NCBI GenBank assembly: GCA_014905635.1
Contig: CM026547.1
Span: 2,976,001-3,040,000, forward strand
From: Scenedesmus sp. PABB004
Taxonomy: Eukaryota
Length of the DNA: 64,000 bases
Direction of reading: 5' to 3'
Shown here one piece after another: positions 35,352 through 47,100 of the stretch. The position numbers and the translations under genes are program-made. The notes beneath the pieces were generated by a model, which did no database searches, had not been told where the DNA came from, and saw only the letters and a program-made list of their open reading frames with translations. Numbering within the stretch: the first letter of the stretch is position 1; each line of letters starts with the position of its first letter.

Positions 35352-37062
35352 TGAGCCGCAAGTACCTGCTGGGCGGCGTCGGCGGCCTGGAGCTCAGCGG
35401 CGGCGCGGGCGGCACGCGGCGCGGCGCGGAGGACGCGGGGCTGTGGGGAGGCAAGGTGCGGCGGTGGGCGCGCGGCGCAGTGCCGGCGCGGGGGCAGGAG
35501 CGCGGAGCTCGATGCGGACGCCTCGCGCTGCTGACCCCCCCCCCCCCCTGCACGCCGCGCAGCACGGCGCGCTGCGGCACCGCGCCAGCGCGGCGGGCTT
35601 TGCAGGCGTGGGGGGCGACGACGACGCAGACGGGGGCGGCGGTGACCTGCTCAAGGCGATCCGGTGGGCGCAGCATGCACGCATGCACGCACACGCTGCG
35701 GCCGCGCCGCACCGGTGGCTGACACGCCGCCCGCCGCCCGCGCGCAGGGCTCACGTGGAGGACCCGGGCGACGACGACGCGCCGCCGCCGCTGCACCGCG
35801 GCGCGCTCTGGCGCACGCTGCACGGCAGCCGCGCCAGCGCCAGCGGCGGCTCGCCGAGCGGCAGCGGGCGCGCGAGCGCGCGCGGCAGCGCGGCCGGCAG
35901 CCGCTACAGCAGCGTGCCCGGCGGCGAGGCGGGCGAGCGCGAGCGCGTGCCGCCCGTGCCGGAGCCGCGCGCGGCGCGCCTCAGCGCGGCGGGCGCGGTG
36001 GCGGCGACGCTGGCCGAGGTCTACAGCGGCCTGCAGCGCGGCCTGTCCGAGGCGGGCAGCGGGCTCGCGCGCGTCGTCTCGGGCGGCGTGTCTCGCCTGA
36101 GCTCGCGGGGCTCGGGCTACGAACGCATGCGCACAGACGACGAGGAGGGCGCGGTGCTGCGCGGCGACGCCAGCGCACCGGGCAGCAGCGACGACGGCTG
36201 GCGCCCGGGCCCGGGCCCGGCGCCGGGCAGCAGGGCCGGGCACGGCAGCGGCAGCGGCGGCAGCGGCGGCGGCTGGCACGGCAGCGGCGGCGGCGGCGGC
36301 GCCGTGGCGGGCAGGCTGAGCAGGGCGACAGCCGCGCTGGACCTCGTGGCCGGCGGCGCCGAGGCGGGCGCTGGCGCGCTGGCCCCTGAGGACGCCGCCG
36401 CAGCTGCGGCGGCAGAGGTCGGCCAGGGCGGCGCGGTGGCGCAGCCCGCGCTGCCGCGCCTCACCCGCATCCGGACCACCCGCCGCGTGCAGCGCTCGTC
36501 ATCGGACGACGGCGCGGGGAGCAGCGCCGCGGGCGCCGCCGCCGCCGCCGCGGCCGCCGGCAGCCGGAGCGAGGGCGGCGCCGGGTCCGCCCTGCCGCCG
36601 CCGCGCGACGCCGGCGCGGCCGCGGCGCTGCGCCTGCCCAGCTGGCGGACGCGCAGAGACTACCAGGCAGCCCTCGTCTCCTCCGCGTCGCCGGCGGTGC
36701 TGGAGCCGCACCTGCTGCAGGCGGCGCGCGGGCGCCGCTCGCCGTCCGAGCCGGGCCAGGCCGCGGCGCGGGCACGCGGGGGCGCCGCCGGCGGCGGCCT
36801 GCCCGGCGGCTTTGCGTCGACGCCGCTGTCGGGGCACGACGCCACAAACAGGGAGGCGGTTGAGTTCTTCGGCCACCGTATGGAGCGCTGGTTCTCGCCC
36901 TCCCCCGACAGCACGCCAGGCAGCAGCGGCGACGGCGGGGCGCTGGGCGGCGCGCGCATGACGGCGCCGGCGGCAGCCCAGCACCCCGGTGCCGGGGCGC
37001 AGCGAGGGCAGCAGCAGGAGCAGCAGCAGCAGCAGGAGCAGCAGCAGGGGCGGGCGCCGTAG
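26535..37062 (+). CDS. Very large type-I membrane metzincin (M11/gametolysin-like catalytic site) with LamG-like, TSP1, EGF and Cys-rich modules
   Basis: Signal peptide MRSGMLLAWALALGAVAAG; HEFGHRVGQTH at 29121-29153 with the Met-turn YSDRLDIM; TSP1 motifs (WSACSARCGGGWATRDVRC, WGACSRGCDGGTRARGAVC, WSTCSG); EGF motifs (DCWGGGTC..CSC..GQFC, ECGGHGRC..CDCFVGYTGDAC); DACGVCGG/DECGVCDG repeats; TM segment AFAGLVFIIIAAIAGAAALASAAWVAW; disordered tail. Many introns; a single-gene model is inferred. Confidence 0.75.
35291..35350 (+). repeat. (GGC)20 microsatellite encoding poly-Gly in the cytoplasmic tail
   Basis: Uninterrupted ggc run. Confidence 0.9.
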
Positions 37063-37179
37063 CGCGCGGCGCGAGAAGGGCGGGCGGGCGGCGTGTTTCG
37101 CTGGTGACCGTCACACAGCAACGACCCGGGCCCCCACCGCCACGCCCCGCCGCGCCGCCGCTGCGCGTCCGCGCCGGCG

Positions 37180-38593
37180 TCACACGTTGCGCGGGAAGTC
37201 CTTGTTGTCCGCCCAGTCCTCGAGGCGCAGCTCCTGCGCGGAGTGGCTGTCCAGCACCCAGCGCAGCTTGCCCGACGCGGGGCGCACGAGCTGCGCGGGC
37301 AGCGCGCCCGGCAGCGCCTGGCACTCGAGCACGCGCTGCACGATCTCGGCCTTGCCCTCGCCCACCGCGACGACGGCGACCTCCTTGGCCGCGTTGATGG
37401 CGGGCAGGCTGAACGTGATGCGCTCCGGCGGCGGCTTGGGGCTGTTGGACACGGGCAGCACCCAGCCGCGCGTCGCCGCGGTCGCGGGCGCGTTGGGGAA
37501 GAGGCTCGCGACGTGGCCGTCGGGGCCCACGCCGAGCAGGATGAGGTCAAACACGGGCCACGCGTCGGCGGTGCGCGGCAGCACCGAGCTCGGCAGCCCC
37601 AGCAGGCGGCCCTCGTAGTTGGTCGCCGCCTGCTCCACGGGGAGACCCTCGTGGATGGCAAACACCTGCTCCGACGGGATGCCCACGCGGCCGAGCAAGG
37701 CCTCCTGCGCGCCCCTGTAGTTGCTGTCGGCGTGCGCGAGCGGCACGTTGCGCTCGTCGACCCAGAAAACCCACCACTTGCTGAAGTCGACGCCCTTGGC
37801 CTCGCCGATGCTGGACAGCATGCTCACGAGCGACCCGCCTGCGCGCGCGCGGGCGGCCTCTGCGCGCTGCCCCCGCGCGGCGCGCGCGCGCGCCGCCGCT
37901 GCCGCGCGGTGCGCTCGCGCGTGCACATGCCGCGGTGTGCGCGCTCGCGCAGCGCATGCGTGCGTCGCGCACCCGAGAGGACGAGCGTGAAGCTGCCCTT
38001 CTCCTTGATCGCCGCCGCCGCCGCCTCGGTCACCGACTTGGCGAGCCCCGCGGCCGCGTTCTTGGCGGTCGCGTACACCACCACCTGCGCCGCGCCCTCC
38101 CCGGGGTACTGGAACATGTGCGGCTCCAGGCCCACGCCGGGGCCCTTGCTGGTGGACACGGGGGCGACTGCGCCGACGCGCGGCGGCGCGGGCGGCGCGG
38201 GGCGGCGGTTGCGTGCGCGCGGCCCGCGCCGCCGGTCCCGGGCGCCGCGGCGCCGGCAGGCGCGCGCGGCGGCCCTGCAGCGATGGGCCCGGGGCCTGGC
38301 TGGGCGCCCCGGCGCGCCAGGGGCGTGGAACGTGGGGTGCTGCTGCCGGGATGCTGCTGCCGCCGCGCCCCACCTGTGCCGGACGCCATGAGGTGCGCGC
38401 CCATCACCGGCGGGACGCCGTCGGGCCAGATGCCGTTGTTGGGGATCACGTTCAGCACGACCGCCGACGACGCGCTCTCGGGGGCCGCGGGCACGGGCCT
38501 GCAGGACGCGCTGCGCGCACCGGGGCGCCGAGACGGCGCGAGCTGCGCCCCCGCCGGCCGGGGGCGCGCGCACGGCGCGGCGGTCGCGCGCAT
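37180..38593 (-). CDS. PGL: 6-phosphogluconolactonase, probably plastid-targeted
   Basis: Transit peptide MRATAAPCARP..; FTLVLSG/GS, FWVDERNVP..DSNY, FDLILLGVGPDGHVASLFP, SPKPPPERITFSLPAIN; two introns. Confidence 0.95.
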
Positions 38594-38919
38594 TCGCGCT
38601 TTTGCGGCTGCCTCCTGCTGCCGCGCGCGCGCGAGCTGCGGGCCGGCCGGGCGCGCCGCGGAGAGCGGGCGAAAGGAACGCGACTGGCCGCGCCGGCGCC
38701 CGCGCCGCGCCGGGCCAGCCGGCGCCGGCGCCGGCGCCTACCGGCGGCGAGGGCTCAGCGCGGCGACTGCGCGCCGCGGCGGCGGGTCGGCTTTCGCCGG
38801 CGGCGGCGGGGTTTGCCCGCTTGCACGCCCGCCGGCGCGGCGCGCGCCCGCGATCGGAGCGGCGCGCGCACGTCCACGCCCGGGGGGCTGCCCGAGCCGC
38901 GCCCGCGCCCGCGCGGGGC

Positions 38920-41900
38920 TCACGCGGCCGCCTGGCCGAGCTTGGCGAGCAGCTTGGCGCGCGCCTCGTAGAAGCGGAGGATGTCCTCGTCCGCGGCCGC
39001 GTTGCCGGTCAGGTGGGGCGCCGCGGCCGCGAGCACGCCCGGGTCGACGGCAGCAGCGGCGGCGCCAGCGACCGCGATCAACGGCGGCGGCGGCGGCGAC
39101 CGGCCGCCGCCGCTGCTGTCGCTGCCGCTGATGCTGCGCGGCAGCAGCGCCGCGCGCTCTGGCTGCTCCGCCGCCGCTGCGGCTGGCGCAGCGTGGTCGC
39201 GTCTGTCGGCCGCGCACTCCTGCAGCTCGCGGCCGGCAGGGGTGCCGCCGCCGCCGCCGGCCCCGCCCGAGCGGCTGGTGCCGGCGCCGCTGCTGCTGCC
39301 CCGGCAGCGGTCGACCGGCCGGGCAGCGCCCGGCCGGCTGCCCCGGCCGCCGGCGGCGGCGGCGCCCGCGGGCAACTGCGCCGCCGGCTCCGCCGCGGGC
39401 GCCGGCTGCTGCTGCTGCTCGCCCTGCTGCCGCGCGACGGCCGCGAGCCACGCCGCAAAGTCGCGCTGCAGCCGCGCGCGGCCCTGCTCCAGCAGCGCCT
39501 GCAGGTGCTCGATCTCGCCCTTGAGGTCCCGCAGCTTTGCAAACGAGGCCTTGTAGCTGCCCTTCTCCTGCGCAGCCAGGGGGGCCGCGGGTGCGATCGA
39601 CGCGCGCGTCGAGCTGAGGCGCAGCGCGGCGCGCGCCGCCAGGACGCGCGCGCGGCGCGGCCGGCGCGCGCGCCTGCTCGATGGCCTGCTTGGCCGCGGC
39701 CTCGCGCGGGTCGTCCTCCGCCAGCTCGGCCAGCGCGTCGCGGCCCTCGGCGACGCCTGCGCGCGGCGGCGGCGCGGCTGAGCGGCCGCTGCTGCGCGCG
39801 CGCCGCGCTGCGCTCTGCGCGCCGCCGCCCCCGCCGCAGTCTGCTCACACGCGGCGCTGCGCTGCATGCGCCAATGCTCGATGCGCGCGCGCAGGTCGTT
39901 GATGCGGGCCTTGCTGGCGTTGACCGCGGCGCCGAGCGCCTTAGCGACGTCGTACTTGGCCTTGAGCGCGGCCTTGGCCTCCTCCACCGCGCCGCCGTGC
40001 GCGTACGTCCGGCTGAACACCTCGAACGCCTTGTGCCGGTCCGCCAGCAGCCGCGCGTCCAGCAGCGCCGACAGCACCTGCTGCTCGCCGTCGCCGGGCG
40101 CCGCCGCGCCGGCGCCGCACCCGCTGCCGCTGCCGCCGCCGCCGCCTCCTCCCTCGCTGCCGGCGCTGCTGCTGCTGCCCCGCAGCATGCCCACCATGAT
40201 GGCCACCTCGCTGTCGCGCTGCTTGACCTGCAGCTGCAGCCGGCGCACCTGCTCCTGCAGCGCCCGCGCGTCGCCGCCGCCGCCGCCACCGGCTGCGGCG
40301 GCGAGCCCGGCCGCCGGCCCGGCCGCAGCCGCTGCCGCTGCGCCACCGCTGGCGGCGGCAGCGGCGGCGGCGGCCCTGGCCTCCAGCAGCAGCTCCCTGA
40401 AGAGCGCCCAGCTGGCCCGGATGGTCAGCATGTCGCCCCCGAGGCTCAGCGCCGCGCCAGGCTGCGCGTCCGCCACATACACGAGCAGCTGGCCCCGCAG
40501 CCGCTCGAGCTCGTCGGGCGTGAGCGGGCCGCGCGCCTCGCCGCCGCCGCGCACGAGCGCCAGCTCGTCCTTGAGCTCCCGCACCTCCTGCCTGAGGCGG
40601 CGGATGATCGCGGCGGGGTCGACCTCCTCGTTCACAGACACCTGCGCGGCGGGCGGGGGCGCGGCCGCTCGGCGGTGCGGGCTCGGCGGCGGGGGCGCTG
40701 CAGGGCGCCGGGCGCCTCGCGCGCGGCGGGCGGCCTCCACCACCCACCTCGTTGCGGACGAGGGCCACGCGCTGCGCGAACCTGCAGGTCGAGATGGACT
40801 CCTCCATGTGCTGCGCGTCGCCGCTGATCGTGGCGACCATGACGGTGCGGCAGTTGCCGCCCAGGCTGTCGCGCAGCACGAGCGTCATGAGGCTGTTGCG
40901 GTAGGGCACGTGGACCCTGCGGAGCCCGGCGGCCAGCGGCCAGCGCGCTGAGCGGCGGCGACACCGCCGCGCCGCCGGCCGCGTGCTGGAGCGCGCGCGC
41001 GCGGCGCCCCGGGCGGCATCCCGGCCGGCAGCCCGCGGGCCGCCTGGCGGCGCGGCGCACCGCGCGAGGCCGGTGCTGCGCTCCTGCAGCGCGACGATGA
41101 CCTGCTCCAGGTAGTGCAGGCTGAGGTTGATGTACTTTGCCTCCTTCAGCGTCGTGCCGTCCACGCCTGCGCGCAGCGCGGCGGCGGCGGCAGCGCGCAG
41201 CGCGGCGGCGGCCGCCAGTCGCGGGCCGGGCGGGCGGCCAGCGCCCCGCGCGCACGGGCGGCCAGCGCGCCGCTCGCGTGCGCACACGCACCCGACTTGG
41301 CCACGCGCTCGCTGCCGGCCAGGTCCACGACGTGCAGCTTGGAGCGCCGCACGACGTCGCTGCCGGGGCGGCGCGCCTCGAGCAGCAGCGTGAACACGCA
41401 GTGGCTGCGCGACGAGGCCTGGTTCATGGGCGTCTCGGCGATGGTGCGGTTGGTGTCGCCCAGGAACAGCTGCGGCGCGCCGGCGGCGCGGCCCGGCGCG
41501 GCGCTCGACCCGCACGCGCGGCGGCTGCCGCCGGCTGCCCACGGCGCGCTGGCGGGGAGCGGTCGGCGGGGCCTGCGGCGCGCCGCGGCCGCCGCGGCCG
41601 GCGTCGCGCCAGGCGCGCACCAGGTTGAGCGCCTCCTCCTCGCTGCCCGCGCGGTGCAGCGAGAGGTGGCGCAGGTGGATGCGGCCCTCCTCGTCCTCCT
41701 GCACCGACACCTGCGGCAGGTCCTCCAGCGCCGCGACCTCGCGCGTGGGGTCGAGCAGGTCGTAGCCCAGCTCGTTGTAGATCTCCAGGTACGAGATGTG
41801 CACCTGTGCCGGGCTCGCGCGCGCGCGCGGCCCTCGTCAGGCCTGCCAGCGCTGCGGCGGCTGGCTGGCCGAGCGGGCGGCCGAGCGGGCGCGCGCGGCC

Positions 41901-42594
41901 GCGCCGCCGCGCCGGCCCTGGCGCGCCTGGCAGGTGTGGGCCGTGTCCTTGGCGAGCTCGGCGTAGACCGCGGCGATGGTGCGGGGGATGATGCCGCGGT
42001 CGACGTAGCGCTCCGCGCCGCCGGTGATGGTGAACGTCTTGCCCGACCCCGTCTGGCCGTACGCGAATATGGTGCCGTTGTAGCCCTCCAGCACGCTCGC
42101 GATCACGGGCCGGGCGACGCGCTCAAACACCTGCGCCGGCGGCGGCGGCGGCATCAGCGGCGCGCGCGCCTGTGCAGCGCTGCCGGTGCGGCAGCGGCGG
42201 CGCGCCTCGTCCTGCTTGGCCTCCGGCGTGAGGATGCCGTTGAAGCTGAACGCGTAGCGCTCCCGGCTGTTGTTGACGAGCCTGCGGCCGGCGGCGCCGC
42301 CGCGTTCAACGGCGGTCAGCGCGCCTGCTCGCGCCCGCTGTCCACGCACCCCGCGGCCGAGTCTCGCGGCATGTTGAACTCCACGACGCCGTCCAGGGCG
42401 TCCAGCGCGATGCGGGGCGTGGGGCGAGCGGCGGGGCGGCAGCGCAGGAAGATGGAGATGTTCTGCGCGCCGCCGCCGCTCGCGCCGCCCTCCCTGCTGC
42501 CTGCCTCGCCCGCAGCGTCCGGCCCTGAAGGCTCCGGCTCCGCGTCGGCCTGCCCTGCGCCCCCCGGGCCTGCAGCCTCCTCCGGCTCGGCCAT
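38920..42594 (-). CDS. KIF6: Kinesin-9 family motor (KIF6-like)
   Basis: IFLRCRP, FAYGQTGSGKTFTITGGAERYVDRGIIPR, SYLEIYNE, NQASSRSH, DLAGSERV, HVPYRNS..LRDSLGGNC, coiled coil and C-terminal DEDILRFYEAR. Confidence 0.88.
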
Positions 42595-42780
42595 GGCGGC
42601 GGCGGCGCGCGCTGGGCCGCTCGCGTGCAGCCCGCGGACAGCTCGCTCGCGCTACGGCGGCGCAGCGCGGGGAGCGGATCACGTCGTCGCTTACACGTCC
42701 AGGGGTGGTGGTGTGGTGTTACAAGCGCGTGCGCCGCGTGCGCGTCGGCGGTCCCCCTCCAGCTAAGACCTGCCCCAGCG

Positions 42781-42825
42781 CAAACCATGGGCAAACCATG
42801 GGCAAACCATGGGCGAACCATGGGC
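42781..42825. repeat. 11-bp tandem repeat (CAAACCATGGG)x4
   Basis: caaaccatggg caaaccatggg caaaccatggg cgaaccatggg, about 190 bp upstream of the kinesin ATG. Confidence 0.9.
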
Positions 42826-44107
42826 CTACCGCGCGCACACACGCAAGCCAGGAAGGAAAGCGCCCGCGCCCGAGCCGGCGCGGGGTGAACACAGGGCGCG
42901 CGTCACCAACCAGGGGGCAGAGAGCACGCGTCGCGTGCGTGCGGCGGCGGCGAGGCCCACATCATTGCAGTGGCTGTGCCCAGAAGAAGCAGCAGAGGCG
43001 CGCGTCGTCGCCCAAGCGGTGCGCCTGCGGCGCGCCTAATCCAGTGAGCCGGTCAGGAGGGAGCAAAAACGCGCGGGGCGCGCCAGCCAGAGCCAGAGCC
43101 AGAGCCAGAGCGCACAGCCCTTGACCCGCAGCGCTCGCCGACGCGGGCGCCTGTCGGCCGCTGGCCGGCCGCTGCACACAAACGTTCCAACCCCCGCACT
43201 GCGCGGGGGCTGCATTCAAACGGCAGGGCCGGCGGCCCGCCCGCCTGCCCGCCAGTGCGGCCGCCGGGGGAGTCGCGCAGCGCGCACAGCCATTCACACG
43301 TGAGAAGAAAGAATCATTATGAATCCCGAGAGCCCTCACCTGAGCTGGTACTGTGTAGGGGCGTGCCAGAGGGGTGGTCTGCCGGGCTGGCGCCAGCAGA
43401 AGCACGGCGCCAGCAGCCTGCTGCGCGCGCGGCAGCCCACGGCCCCAGCCGGTGCAAGGTGCACAGCTTGGCCGGTGCCCGCCCACCGCACGTTTGCTCG
43501 GCCAGCCGCGCGCATCGCCCGACGCCCGGCTGGCCGTCACGTGCAGCCGCGGCGCCCGGCGGCGGCCACACGCACACACAGGCGCCCCGCCGCGCGCGCC
43601 TGGCCGCAATCATTCACAGAATCGGAATCACATCGCACCACTTATTGCGTGCGCCACAAGCACAGCCGCACGGACCACGCATGCACAGTCTCCCTCGCCG
43701 CGCCTGCCACAGCTCCTCCTGCAGGACAGCTCCAGCCGTTCCGGCGTGTACGTACAGCCTGGACAGGCCCGCGCGCAGAGATGCCACGGCACGGCCTCAC
43801 ACACACACACACGCACAAGCTCGCTTGCAGGCCCGCCGCCAGCCTCATCATCACAGGCGGTGTGCGGCGCGCACACAGACAGAGGGAGGCACACGCGCAT
43901 TTCCTGCGGCGCTGCGCGCGCGCGGCACGGCGCCCATAGCGGCCGATCCAGGCAGGACCTCGTTTCGCGGCCGGGCGCGCGGCACACAGCATGCACGCGC
44001 GCCCGCCGGGCTGGTCGTACAGAGGCAAGTGCGCTGCAGGGGCGGGGTCGTTCTCCGTCGTCCCGCGCGCGCGCACGCGTTGTGCCGCCGCTGCCGCGCC
44101 GCGCCCG

Positions 44108-47100
44108 TCAGCGCATGAGGTGGTGGTGGTGGTGGTGCGCGCCGCCCATCATCATGAGCGCGTGCGGGCCGGCCGCCTGCCTCAGCGGCAGCATGTACGG
44201 GTTGGTCATCTGCGCCAGCCGGCTGCCGCCGCCGCCCGCCGCGGCCTGCAGCAGCGCGGCGGCGTGGTAGGGGTCGTACGGCCCGTAGCCCGGCGGCGCC
44301 GCGGGCCCAAACGGCCCCGCCGCCAGCCAGGGCGCGTAGCCCGGCAGGCTGGCGGCGCCGCCGCCGAGCTGCATCCCCGCCATCGCCGCCGCGAGCGCGG
44401 GCTCGCTGGGCGAGCCGAGGCGCTGCGGGCCCGCGACGGGCGAGCCCGCCAGGCTGCCTGCCGCGGCGGCGGCCGCCGCGGCTGAGCTGTTGAGCAGCGC
44501 CTGCAGGTCTGGGGTCGAGTCGTCGCTGCCGCAGGTGTGCGCCGACAGCGTCGACGCGTCGCTGCTGGCGCGCTGCAGCGAGTGCTGGCGCACGACCGCG
44601 TCCAGCACGCTCTTGCTCGGCACAAAGGTCAGGCTGCCCGACGACGCCAGGCGGCCGCCGCCGCTGATGGGCGAGCTCGCGTGGCTGGGCGTGCTGAAGC
44701 CCGACCCCCCGCCGCCGCCCAGGGCGCCGAGGTGGGCGTACAGGTGGCCCGGCAGGCCGCGGCCGGTGCCGACGCACGCGAGCTGCGCGGGCGGCGGCCG
44801 CGGCGGCGGCTCCAGGCCCGCCGCGGGCACGAGAGGCTCGAGCGCCGCGAGCGCCGCCGCGAGCAGCGCGCTGCCGGCGGGGTCGCACGACAGGCCGGTC
44901 AGCTGCTCGAGGCAGGCGGGGAAGAAGGGGTGCGCGCCGACGGCCGCGCGCGCGGCGCACAGCGCCGCCGCCGCCACGACCGAGGGGCGCGACTCCAGCA
45001 GCGCCGGCTCGAGCAGCGCGGCGCGCAGCAGGCGCGCGGTGCCCCGGGCCAGGTGCGCCGCGGCGGGCGGCTCCTGCGCGTCGGCGCCCATGCGCTCGAG
45101 GTAGAGCTTGAGGCAGCGCAGCATGGAGATGGCCTTGGTGTCGCCGCCCAGCGCGGCCTCGACGTTGGCCTCCATCGTGGCCACGCTGCCGGGCGGGAAG
45201 CCGACCGCCGCCGCGAGCAGGGCATCGCCCGGCAGCGACGCGTGCTCGCACGACGGCAGCGTCTGCGCGGCGGCAATCTGCGCGGCGCCGGGGGCAGCGG
45301 GCGGGGGCGGCGTGAGCGCCGAGCGGGCATTGCTGCTGCCGGCGCCGCGGCCGCCGTCGCCGCCGCCGCGGCGCGCACCCGCAGCGCCGCGGCGACGAGG
45401 AGCATGCTGAGCCCCGGGTCGTGCGCCGCGCCGGTGCTCATGACGCGGTCCATGAGCAGCACCGCGTCAAACACCACCTCCTCAGCCAGCTCCAGCTGCT
45501 CAGCGAGCTTGAACGCCGCCGCCACGCACGCGCCGCGCTCGGCCAGGTACTCGCGCGCCATGGCGGCGGGCGCGAGCGCGCTGCCGAGCTCAAACTCGCG
45601 CACCGTCGCGTACGCGCGGCCGCAGCTGTCGGCGAGCTTTGCGTCGTCCGCGAGGTCGGCCGCAAAGCTCGGCCGCCTGCTGCCGCCGGCGCCGCTGCCC
45701 GGGCCGCTGAGCGGGCTGGGCTGGCGCCCGAGGCCCGGCGGCGGCGCGAGCAGCGCCAGGAACTCTGGCAGCGCTCCGCCGCGCAGCCAGTCCAGCGCCT
45801 CGGCCATGGGCGCCGCGGCGACGACCACGTTGCCGGCGCTGCTGACGCTGCCCGTCACGGGCCTGGCGGCGGCGGCGGCGCGGCGGGGCAGCGGCGGTGG
45901 GCGGCGGCGGGCGCGCGCCGGCGGCAGGCGGCAGCCCCCGCCGCGCCGGTCGGCAGCCCGCCCGCGGGAGCCGGCGCGCGCGCCGCACCCGAAGGGCGAG
46001 CGGAAGCCCTGCAGCACTGCGAGCAGCGCCTGGCACGCGGCGCCGCCGCCGGGCTCCTTGGCGTGGCGGCTGCGCCCGAGGCTGAGCGCGATGCGCTCGC
46101 GGCTGCTGCCCAGCAGCGTCGCGTCCGCCTCGACCTGGGCCACCAGGTCGGCCAGCCAGCGCCGCGCCGCGAGCACCGCGACGCCGGGCGAGAGGCCGGG
46201 CACGACGTACTCGAGCTCCCGCCCGCCGCCCCCGCCGCCCCCGCCGCCGCCGCCGCCGGCCTGCTGCACGGTGAAGCGGTACTGCCAGTTGCGGCACGCG
46301 GTGGCGTAGAGCGCGCCCGCGCGGCCCTGCGCCCAGGCCACGCCGCTGCCCCAGAGCGCGTCGATGATCGTCGCGTACGCGTGGCTGTCGGGCTTGCAGC
46401 CCTGCGCGGTCATCGCGTCAAACGCGGCGAGCGCGCGCTGCCAGCGCCCCGACCGGTTGTGCGCCGCGATGAGCGCGCTGTACGTCACGACGTCGGGGCG
46501 GCAGCCCTGGTGCTTCATCGCCTCAAACACCTCCACCGCCCGGTCGGGCTGCCCGCCTGCGCGCGCCGCGCGGCGACGGGGGCGCGGCGGCGGCGGCGGC
46601 GGCGTGAGGCAGGGCGTGCGCGCGCGCGCACGCGGCGCGTCCCGCCTCCGGCGCCACGCCGGCGGCCGCGCCGCACCCTGCTGGCAGGCGGTGATGAGGC
46701 TGTTGTAGGTGACCGTGTTGGGCGCGCAGCCCTCGCGCTGCATCTGGTCAAACAGCTGCAGCGCGAGCTCCCAGCGCCCCGCCTTCTCGCACGCGCTGAT
46801 GAGCGCGCTGTAGGTGATCACGCTGCGCTCGCAGCCCTGCCGGATCATGGCCTCAAACGTCTCCAGCGCCTTGTCCAGCTGCCCCGCCTTGCCGTGCGCG
46901 CTGATGAGCGCCGTGTACGTGGTGCTGATGGGCTGCAGCCCCGCCTCCAGCAGCTTCTGGTACACCTTGAGCGCCTCCTGCGGCTGCCCGCACATGTTGC
47001 ACGCGATGATGGCGGTGTTGAACGTGCGCACCTCGGGCTCCAGGCCCTGCGCCGCGGCGGCGCGGCGGCGCGGCGGCGTGTGGGCGCGGGCGGCCGCGCC

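Noticed and set aside
42781..42825. CRISPR array, telomeric repeat or RFX X-box
   Set aside because: There are no spacers, the context is eukaryotic, the unit is not TTTAGGG-like, and it lacks the GTT..AAC arms of an X-box.
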